Assembly (NCBI GenBank): GCA_002269645.1
Contig: NIVC01003245.1
Span: forward strand, 45,261-109,260
Direction: 5' to 3'
Origin: Macrostomum lignano
Lineage: Eukaryota
DNA: 64,000 nt
The notes below the pieces were generated by a model that ran no database searches, was not told where the DNA came from, and was given only the letters and a program-made list of their open reading frames with translations. The translations under genes were made by a program, and so were the position numbers. Of the stretch, positions 38,749 through 49,185 are shown in pieces. Positions within the stretch are counted from its first letter, which is position 1, and each line of letters begins with the position of its first letter.

Positions 38749-39803
38749 AACTGCAATTCACTTTAGACAATCGGAAGTTCAAATTCGACACTTCTAGTAG
38801 TACTAGTAGTTCTGTAACATATATTTAAATCATTCATTTTAGACAAACTTCTTTTCAATATCGACAGCAAGCACAAAATTAACTTAACTTAGCTGCAGGG
38901 TGGGTCCGTAGACACAGCGGGGAGGCGAGGGTCGCCCATTCCGCTAGCCCCTGAAGGCCCGCAGACAGGCAGAGGCTTATGGGCCGGTCAGGGTGGTCCG
39001 CCGGTCCGTCCTGCAGCGTGATCTTCCGTGGGGAAGAAAGTGGCTCGCCTTGTCGCCCGAAGGAACTGGATGAGCCGTGGGATGCTGTCGGGCTGGCAGA
39101 CCTCGTCAATGGACTGGTTCGGCCCGAGGTAGCGTAGCCGGTCTCTGGTAAAGAAGGAGCAGTGACAAACAAAGTGCTGCAGCATCTTTATTGTCGTACT
39201 CGCAAAAAGGGCAAAGTTCACTCTCGAGGTTGTCTCGGAGGAAGCAGTGCCTGGCGAGTTAGCCATGGCCGGTAAGGGTCATGACAAGGGCTATTAGCGA
39301 GGGTGTCTACCAGCTTTTTCCCCGGAAAACCCTAGGATCCACCACAGCAAGCACAAATTTGTATGAGGAAAAAAGCCTATATGTTGTTGGCACTGACAAA
39401 ACTCAATTTCATTTTCATCAAACTCCAATTCTTTATTGACAATTTGTTTACGAAACTTCTAAAAACTCTGATTTTCTTTCGTCAAAGTACGTCAAAAATC
39501 GTCAATCTACAGCCAATTTAGTCAGATGTATGTTTCAGCAAAAGAACGTTAAGTTTGCGGGGACTGGCCGGGAACCAAGAGCAGATGGAATATAATACCT
39601 CCCCCGCCCGCGGAGGGGTGGGCGCCCTCCCAACCAAAACGAGACGTCAGAGCGTACACATGTGGCGGCCCCCAAAAAGAGCATGAAAGAGCACAAAGAG
39701 CACGATATTGAAAAGGAGTTTGTCTAAAATTAATGTAGATTTACATTTATAGAGCTAAAAGTGTCGAAGTTGAACTTCCAATTGTCTAAAGTGAAGTGTA
39801 GTT
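38749..39803. mobile_element. MITE-like element with ~115-bp bipartite terminal inverted repeats, interrupted by a LINE
   Basis: 38749-38797 matches the reverse complement of 39755-39803, and 38836-38863 matches 39703-39730. Confidence 0.7.
38878..39343 (-). mobile_element. 5'-truncated non-LTR retrotransposon (LINE) 3' end with 14-bp TSD
   Basis: The ORF2-like tail KMLQHFVCHCSFFTRDRLRYLG...RLIQFLRATRR resembles the C-terminal CCHC region of I/R1-like LINEs. It has a GC-rich 3'UTR and a (TAAGT)n tail. TSD ACAGCAAGCACAAA at 38864-38877 and 39344-39357. Confidence 0.75.
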
Positions 39804-40522
39804 TAACTAGGGTATAATTACTAAGGTTTACTAAGGTATAATTAACCGAAACGTCTGTTCACCGAAACTTTCGTTTCCCAAGCCGAACATAATAAACCCC
39901 GAACCCGAAAAAAATTGCTAAAAGGAATTGAAACAAATGGAATATAATTTAACATTTTAATATTTTAAAAGCATAACTGAAATAACAAAATACGTCAATG
40001 AACTTGTGCGCAAACCCCTTTAAAAACTTAAAATAATTTTGTGGCCCAGAAAATTATTTTTAGTACATTATTAGGTACGGGCCTGTGTTGTAATTTTAAA
40101 GCTGACGAAATAAAATGTGCTTGCGAAACTTGCACTTAAGTTGTCGAAGTCGTCCTTGGTAATAACATGGTCATGGTGTAATATTTTGTGCAACTAAGCT
40201 AAAAGCAGATCATTATTGGCATGACGCCGTGGCCCGTGGGGATAATATTTTATTATTTGCATAGGACTGTGGGAATAAGCACGGCATATTAATATTATAT
40301 TGCTGCATGGCATTAGAATATATAATAATAGGGCCTGCCGCCTGTAGTTGTAGTTACATTGGTCGTGGTCATTTAGTGAAAAAAAAATTCACTTTTCAGT
40401 ATTTTACTTGTTTTTCATTTTAATTATATGCTAGGGCCTATAAAAAAGAGATTCACACTCTTTTGGGGGAGCTTATACCAAGTGTTGGACTTCACTTACT
40501 ATACCTATAGGGCCTATTCTGT

Positions 40523-41767
40523 GGCAATTTTTCTTTTCCGTTTGTTAAATTATTTTTTCAATGGAAACGTATTGGGAGCATTGTGAGGCACTCAAAAATG
40601 ATGTAACTGAACAGAACAGAACAGAACAAGTGTAGTGTTGATTAGTGTTCACTCAGCACTCAGCACTCTGGTCTCTGCAGTGGTATTTACACGATGTAGT
40701 AGTGGGCAATCCAGTAGAGCATGTTGCCGAAGGTGTTGGTGGGATGCATTTTGCACCACATGAATTCTTCCAGGTAGGACTCAAACAGAGCCTTACTAGT
40801 ACCATGCATGGCACAAAATTTGGCCTTGCAGTGCGCCCACGTCTCTCAATGAGGTTTGTGTACACAATAGGGTCCTGAGGATTAACAAATGCCAGTTGGT
40901 GGTTCACGACTTGGTGGTTCACACCTGCAGCCTGAAGTTGGGCATAAGCTTGCCATCCATCCATTATGACGCAAGTTCCAGGAAGGACGTGGCATTGGAT
41001 GAGTGGCAGGAGGGTGGCAGCATTGCGTTGTGCAACTGGCACGAGTACATACTTCCTGGTCCCATACTCTATCATGCCAAGCACCCACTAACCATCACAG
41101 TGAGCTCCTTGGTGGAATTTGTGATAGAAAAAGTATGATTCGTCTATCTCCACTTCGTAGCTGGGGCTACTAAGCTCAATGGGATGGTCCATAAGGAATT
41201 GGGTGCAGATATCACGAATGAAGTTCTGCCAATCAACAATTGCATTGTGGCCAATGTTGCTCTGGCGTTGACACTCAACTTGCTTTGCATCGGTTGCCTA
41301 CCACTAGATTAGGTCTAGCAGTTGCGTCAGTGTCAGGTGGCTGCCCTCAAAAAATGATCCCTTCCTGATTGACACTTGAGCATAACACCCAACACATGCC
41401 CATACAAGCCCATCAATGTAGCGGTCACCTGCACGCTGTTGCAGCCACATTGCCAATGCTCCAGGACAGGCTACATAAGAACGTGTGTTGGCCAGTAGAT
41501 GGTATGACGCCATACAGTTGACAACATTTTGGGGTGTGGCCGTGATGGCCCCTAGCTTTCGCATGGTAAAATGGACATTTGTCAACTCCATTGCTGGTTG
41601 CACTTGAGCAGGGGGCACGATAAACGTTGGTGCAGAAGGGCGTCCAGCCATGTTGTTTAAGATACGATGATCAGGCTGAAAAGTTACATCATTTTTGAGT
41701 GTTTCACAATGTTCCCAATATGTTTCCATTGAAAGAATGATTTGACAAATGGAAAAGGAAAATTGCC
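40523..41767 (-). mobile_element. Merlin (IS1595/ISXO2-like) DNA transposon with disrupted transposase
   Basis: ~86-bp TIRs starting GGCAATTTT (40523-40608 / 41682-41767). Frameshifted transposase: DGLVWAC..C..SIRKGSFFEGS, VEIDESYF, WVLGMIE, R.A.TLLPLI..HV.PGT..MDGW.AY, VNH...FV.P..TNLIE, SYLEEFMW. Confidence 0.9.
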
Positions 41768-42252
41768 TCTTTTTTTAATTCTTATGAGGCCTTAGTAGGA
41801 CTTAGAAATCCCTATAAACCTTTAAGCCCCCAAAGTCTTAAGTATGCATAATGTATGTAAATTGTTTGTCTTGTATCCAAAAGCTTGGTAAAGGATACAA
41901 TATCTAGAATAATAGGCCTAAGCATTTAAAAATCTTAAGCAAATAAAAAAGTTAGGCTACCTAAGCTAAAGCCTATTATATTATATTATACTATGTAATA
42001 AGCCTAGTATGCAAATGCAATGTAATAGGCCTATTAGACTACATGGGACCTTGTTATATATAAAAAGTTTTTACAAAATAACATTTTCATGAATATAGCT
42101 TAAGCAAAAGCATAACATTTAAAACAATAATTCTTTTGGCTTTTAATATTAAAAAAGTTATAATTTATAGATAGTAATATAGTCATAAAGGAATATTATA
42201 TTTTATAATATACATAGCCTACACATTAAAAAAACCATGTAGGCCTAATGTA

Positions 42253-42999
42253 CAGGGTTGGCAGAAAGTAACCCTATTTTGATTAATAAAACAATGTACA
42301 TTATATTTATTTATTCTCAAAAAAATTAATCAAAAGGTAGGCATAAATGGTAAGTTATCTCTAAAATTCAATATGTGCCCCAGATCTTTCCACCAGCTGC
42401 TGCAAACATTCAGGAATGGTATCCACTGACTTTCTCAGAAACTCCACTGGGATGGTAGACATGACTCCCCTTATTTGATCCTCCATTTCTTCAAGTGTCG
42501 TTGGTTTGGAGCGGTAGACTTCTTCCTTTACCCAACCCCAAAGAAAAAAGTCGCAGGGTGTCAAATCTGGGCTCCTGGATGGCCATTCATGTGGACCACA
42601 ATGTCCCAACCAACGCCCCGGAAAGTAAGCATCCAGCCATTCGTGGACAACAAGAGCAAAGTGTGGCGGGGCGCCATCTTGCATAAATATCAACTCGTCG
42701 ATGTTCTCCCATGTGCTGACAACTAGCTAGACTCTATCACGCAACATATCAAGGTATCGTTCAGCATTCGTTGAACTTGGACGACAGATTGCCAAACTTC
42801 ATATCGTGATGCCAACTGGGCACGCTCCTGAAGTGTTAACTGCTGAGCCATGTTACAGTTTTATCTGAAATCAAAAACAAAACTATCAATAAAATTGTAC
42901 CATTTGAGAGAATTAATCATAAAAATATGACAAAGCAGTAACAAATTATATACAATTTATAAGTAATTTAAAATAGGGAGTTACTTTCTGCCCACCCTG
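42253..42999 (-). mobile_element. Internally deleted Tc1/mariner-superfamily transposon
   Basis: TIRs CAGGGT(T/G)GGCAGAAAGTAAC..CTATTT and TA TSD (42251-2, 43000-1). N-terminal remnant MAQQLTLQERAQLASRYEVWQSVVQVQR is fused to QDGAPPHF...WPSRSPDLTPCDFFLWG. Confidence 0.92.
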
Positions 43000-44189
43000 T
43001 AGAACTAAAAAACAATAATAAAAATGCTCTTATAAAATAAATGAAAGTTGTAAAAAATCTAATTTTTCTAGACCTATAAGATAGCTTGATAGGAATCTTT
43101 TATTAACTTTTGTTAAATCTGCTTTTGTTAAGTAAAGCTATTGATAAAGATATTTTTTTATAAAACCTTAAATATAACCATTTAAGGAACCAAAGTAGTA
43201 TCATTTCTTTATTAAATTTAATAAATATTTTAAAAAGGTAAAAAGAAAAAATAAAAAGCAATTATATCTTGACATTGATGCAATATAAATCAAGTCTAAC
43301 TTTTTATATAGTTTTATACTATAGTAGTCAAATCAGGATCATGTCCATTATGCACTAAAAAGTTTTACTGTTACCAAAATTAAGTCAATTTGAATGAGCT
43401 AAGCTAATAAACAAACATTTATGAATTTTTTAATAATATTTCTAAATGTGTTTCCAAATATGAAAAAAAAATCATAAAGAAACAAAACAAATACAAATGT
43501 TAAAGAAATAAAGCTTGAAATAAGAAAGTAAATTAAAAATGATAAAGCATAATTTTGTTGTATTGTTCATTTTTATAATTGCCAGTTTTGGTAATAACAT
43601 AGTTAAAAAAAGTTGTATCAAGTAAACTTACTAAACTTTGGGACCTTTGAGGCATCAAACCTTAAGTCATGGAAATGTTTTAGATAACTATTGTTTAAGT
43701 ATAATCATTACTTATTTTTTAAAATGCAAATACATAGACTTATAATAAGTTATCAAATTGCACAAATGTAATGTCAGTTAGTATTAGTAATTAGAATTAG
43801 TTAGATTATATACATTAGAAGTAAGTCTGCCCTTTGAAATTGGTTTTGCTAGATACTATATAAATCTTATATCTAAAGCTGAGTGGATCGATTGACCAGC
43901 CAGGTTTAATGCGTATCTCCTCCTAGACGGCTGGCAACTCAAATGCGAGACTTATGTGTATAATATAAGCCTATGACAAATAGAATCTTGTCACTCAATT
44001 CATGTGCAATAATAATTAGATTGCTAATTAGATAACAAGGTGTTTTCATAATTTAAAAGTATTATAATTACTTTTATCATTTACTTTTTTTACTTTATTT
44101 AGAAACACATTTAGATTTGGGTTTAGAATTTTTTGTACATTTGGATTTGATTTCAGAAACTTGCAAAAATCTATATTTAGTCCATTACT

Positions 44190-45000
44190 ATTCAAGACCC
44201 TAGGAGGAATAGAATTGATCCTATGATAGTATCAGCAGGCATGGTCTTTAAAGCCCAGCCAACTTCTTTAAAAGAGATAGGGCCAATGTTGAAAGAGTCA
44301 TAATTGGCAAGAATGAAATTGGATATTGATAACAATAGAATAGCTGAAGCAAGAGTGTTGAGCATGTCACTATAGTGCAAGACTAGCTAGGCTTTGCAGT
44401 ATTAAATAGTCTGTGCTAAGAAATGCTCTAGGCCTAGGCCTCCTACCTATCAGCTTATTATCAGCTACTAAACATTAGTGTGGTAGCAATAGTTAGTCAC
44501 TAATTGAATTTTATTTACTGCTTCTTTGATGAAGATCTTAGTCTATTGGGCATAGAAGTTCTATAGCTAGTCCTAAGCAATATTGGCTTAGTTGGTATTG
44601 TGACCATAAATAGTAATAAAGCATTATACCTATTGTCTTGCCTAGAGAATTTCTAGGTCATTGTCCTAAAGTGTCTAGTTGATATGCTTTCTGCCTTGGT
44701 AGGATAGCTGTTATGTTTTCAACATCACTAGTAAAAAGAGTCAAGAGACTAGTTTAGTCTTTAGAGCTGGGGTTTTGGCATATACTCTGCCTAGAAAAGC
44801 TGCCCAAGTCTCCAGTTTCTTAGGTCAACCCAAAGCAAATATAGTAGGGAAGGCTTTAGCTTAGTCTAGCATTGGTCAATGCACAGGCCATTAGGCTATG
44901 GTCAGACTTCATGCAAATATGGCAGATGTTAGTCACTCTACTTATTAGACTAAAAAGCTAAAGGGCAGAAAACATAGTCTAGCTATGTGATCTGCTTGCT
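44190..45000 (-). pseudogene. Heavily decayed LINE ORF2 relic (APE endonuclease end to pre-RT region)
   Basis: LDYVF at 44982 and SDHSL at 44906 (one frameshift apart) are the last APE endonuclease motifs. ISFKEVGWALKTMP at ~44280-44240 resembles the pre-RT EV..ALK.M motif. Many stops. Confidence 0.5.
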
Positions 45001-48000
45001 AAGGCCTTACAAAGTCAAAAGCTTGCAGAGATACTGCTTTAACATATATAACACATAATATATGCAACATAATAAAAGAAGTTCTTTAAATTATATATAT
45101 CATTGATTATAATAGTCAATGGTGTATACTTTTACAGCTTATATTTTTGTATTCTTCCTATTAATCTAATCCTACTATTGACAAAACTATGAGATTAGGG
45201 ATTTTAATATATACATAGTGGAAAAAAGCATATCTATATTCTAAAGGACATTTATATATCCAGAAAATACACTGTAGCATTGAATAGGTTAGATATAATT
45301 ATACATAGTATCATAGGGTGCATTATATGCTCATAGTTTATAAGCAATTCTGCTAACTAAATATTTAAGATACTTGCATTAGTCAATTTTCAATTAAGAA
45401 AAGGCCAAGTGTATATTTATCCTTGCCCATAAGGTACATATCTTTTGCACTAAATGTATGCAATAATCATGACTATATTGCATAATATAAACAGGTGCAA
45501 AAATAGTAGGCCTAAATTGCAATCATATAAAACAGATATAATCATCAAAACAAGTATAAAAAACAACATAAAGATAAAAAACTAGTTAGTTAAAAATAAA
45601 TACAAGTTGCATAATAAAAAGAAACAAAAAACCATAAATACTAAGTTGACAATTAAGATTGACCTATAAACTTATAAAAACTTATAAAAATTATTCTAAA
45701 CTTTTAAAAAATGGGATCACTGTTTTTAACATTGGATAAGATTAGTTTACAATTTATTCACTCTACATATAAAAATACAATATAAAACAATATACAATAT
45801 ATATTATATACTTTAAGATTCTATTTAACCTTCATCTATTAGTTAGACTAGTTAGCTAGCTTCCATTGCTTATACAACCATTTTCCATTGTTTCATATGA
45901 AAATTGGGCTCTTTATATTACTTCTATTTGTTAATAGAAGAATTTGGCTATATTGTTAATTAACTTTTAGAATAAGCATATATATCATTTATAGGGCCTT
46001 GCATATCTCAAAAAAATCAGATAGCCATTAAATAGAATGCATACATATTAGATATAAAAAGGTGTTCTCATTTTTATTCATTCTATATAAGGTATAGTCT
46101 TATAGCTTTGTATCTATTTATGACATTAAAGAAATTGTTTATAGTAATTGATACAATAAAATTATGCTTATCTAGCATTAAACACTTAGATTAGCAATTA
46201 AAGACAACTAAATAAAGATAAAAATGAAGTGAAAGTACCAAAGCATAAAAGATTATAAATATGACTAGAATACATATATAAAACATAAGATAAAAAAGTA
46301 GAAAGTAGAAAAAGATTTTGAAAAAAACACAAATATCTTCATATTGTATTTCCAATTACTATCCATATAGACTGCAGATATAGTCTCCTTTATCCTTCCT
46401 ATTGCTAAGCCTACCTGACCTATAGAATTACAAAAGTCTACAGACTTCATGTTTACAGATTCCTCAAAACAAATAGTCAATGATAATATCTAAATTTTAA
46501 GAATCCTAGGAATTCTAAAGATAATAATACTGTAGAGGCTCATGCACAGTCATTAGGAAAATGTGGATTTTCTCTAAGGAATCAAAGCAGTGCAAATGCT
46601 GAGCTGATGCACTTTTATTCTTGTCAATTTGCCTTAAGGCTCAAGCATATTTTGGGGAAACAAAACAAGGGAGCAGTGCTCTGAGATATACCAATGCCTG
46701 CAGAGAGATAGCATAAACAAAAGCAAAACTTGAATGGAACAAGAGAGTGGTTTCACCAAATAGACAATAAGAAAATTGATAATAGTACATCAGTGTGGTA
46801 TTTTGTTGTACTACTTGATGTAATAATGATGCATTAGATCTACCATAATAATGTGGTAGTTGTGGTAGCATGAGGTGGTTTGTATGTGCATTCTCTTAAT
46901 GCACAACATGCCCCTTCTTCAGAAGCTGCTTACAAATATGACCTATATGTATGGGTTATATGAATAAAGTATAAAATTGCATGGGGAAACTATTAAAGCA
47001 GGAATACATCTTTTATTCAGTTCATTGTTAATAAGCAAAGTAGTTATTGTTCACTGCAACTCATGAGAATGCTACTGGGTAAATCTCTCTTGGGTGGTCA
47101 ATGGTCTGGCAAACTTCATTGCAGCTGGGCCTGTTGGTCTTTGGGCAGCTTGTTTGCATTGGATATTGGAATAGCATCTTCCTTATTATCATTGGCATCT
47201 AAAGGCAGGTTTTTAGATGCCAGCTGATTAGTGCTAGCTAACTGCAACCTATTGTCAGCAAGAACCCACATTGATTTGATTGAAATATAAATTTTAGAAA
47301 ATATTCAACCTAATTTGAATAGTATCTTTTTAACTTGAAAAACAGGATACTAATTTAGAATTGGGGTACAAATTCAATATACCAGAATTAACATTGATAT
47401 ACCATGACATACACAATTATATAAAAACATAGAATTCTTGTTGATATTTTGCTTATATCTATTTGTTTTAAGAAAACATTCAAATGAATATAAAATTGCT
47501 AAACATTTTTGTCTAGTCTAGTTTGTGTGGACCTAAAGGGCTAAAACCAAATTAATTTTGTCTAACATTTATTTAATGATGTTTATTGCTATAAAAATAA
47601 TTATGTTAATTAATTATAAAAATAATAAAAATAATTAATAAATATTAATTATTTATTCATTTTAATCAATGTTTATTGCAATTTTTTGATGGATACTTGA
47701 AAATGAAATTTTTGAGTATTAATTAATATCTTTATCTATATCTTATATCTATAACTTCTTCAGTATATTATATGGTAGTTAGCATCCAAATGGATTGTGC
47801 TATTAGAATGTTTTATTGACCAGTGTATTAGAAAAATATCTGCATTATTCAACAGATTGTAAACACACTATATTTATAGTCATATGCTGCAATTGTCAAT
47901 TAAAGCATAAAGTAAGCCAATACATGTCCTCCATTCTTCCACCATAATATCTGTCTGCCTTTAGTTACCTATTGGTGTTTGAACTGTTGGCAGATAGATT

Positions 48001-48418
48001 TTTTAATCAGTCTGAAATCTTGTCGACTGTAAATTGGTGGTTACATTAATTGCATTTAATTGTGGTATGATAATAATTATAATTGTGCCTAGAGGGTTAC
48101 AACTATAGATGCCATCCAGCTCTATTGTTGGCCCTATTCATATTACTATTAGTATTAGGCTTGATATTATGCACATACTATAACAACTAGATGTGTCACT
48201 CGCAATTAAGTTGTGAAAACACAGAGCGTTTACTCATTGCCAGTAGTTTGTCTGCGCAGTGTCATTTAAATTTAATATGGTAGCAAAAATTTCCTTTCCT
48301 TCCTCGAGATTTGTGGCCTCTATATGGGGTTAAGAATGAACAACAGGCATTCAACTCGATGTACACAAGTGTACGCAAGACAGACCGAAACAGAACCTAG
48401 GGGACAGGCTCAATTTAG

Positions 48419-48690
48419 CTCAGCCAATGAGAGAGCAGTAAGGAGAGAGAGGGGGGTCAAAGTCAGACGCACGATACTCAGTCTAGCGGGCAGGCCCAAT
48501 CTATCAATAACTCAGCCAATGAGAGAGCAGTAAGGAGAGAGTTCAAAGTCAGACGGACGAAACTCAGTCAAGGGGGCAGTCCCAATCTAGCTCAGCCAAT
48601 GAGAGAGCAGTAAGGAGAGAGTTCAAAGTCAGACGGACGAAACTCAGTCAAGGGGGCAGTCCCAATCTAGCTCAGCCAATGAGAGAGCAG
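48419..48690 (+). promoter_or_regulatory. 80-bp tandem repeat, each unit with a CCAAT box, ~0.5 kb upstream of the RRM gene
   Basis: CTCAGCCAATGAG at 48419, 48511, 48591 and 48671. The repeat is seen directly; promoter function is inferred. Confidence 0.45.
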
Positions 48691-49185
48691 CCAAGGAGAG
48701 GTCAACGTCAGAAGGAAGCGGTCAAGAAGAAAACCTGACTGTTTATTGGCCTGGTGGGGGCTTGGGGCAGCCACCCCTTTTCTCTCTTGTTCACTATGCA
48801 CACGCACTGGAATGAATTTGTTTAAGTTTTCCCACAATTCAAATCTGAGACATTCTTGAGTCGGTAAAACAGGATTAAAATGCTAATTAAATGGGTCTGC
48901 TTGTAGAAAGCCAGAGGTAATTGTTGAATTTTAAAGAACTTTAAATATCTTGTAAAACTTCACCGCATGTTGCGAGCGACATATCTAGTCATTCTCATAT
49001 CTGTGGTTATTGCACTGTCAGGTAAGTATATAACCTTCAAATTTATGATCTTGTTTTACCTTAATAAACACTATTATGCTTTTATATAGGACATGAATGA
49101 TAACCGTATATTCTGATGCTAATGCCATCCTTGCCGATAAACTAAACCCTGCACTGTCATTGACAGACACATTATTATTCCAGAA

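Larger units (their letters stand above)
41768..48023. other. CpG-depleted, TpA-rich compositional block
   Basis: Manual scan found CpG only at 42498-42823 (inside the mariner) and four sites at 43889-43947. None were seen in 41768-42497, 43000-43888 or 43948-48023. Confidence 0.85.

Noticed and set aside
38930-39005. HDV-like ribozyme fold in the LINE 3'UTR
   Set aside because: P1, P2, P1.1 and P4 can be drawn, but P3 has a mismatch and L3 and J4/2 deviate. LINE-associated HDV ribozymes sit at 5' ends. Kept only as a generic structured 3' end.
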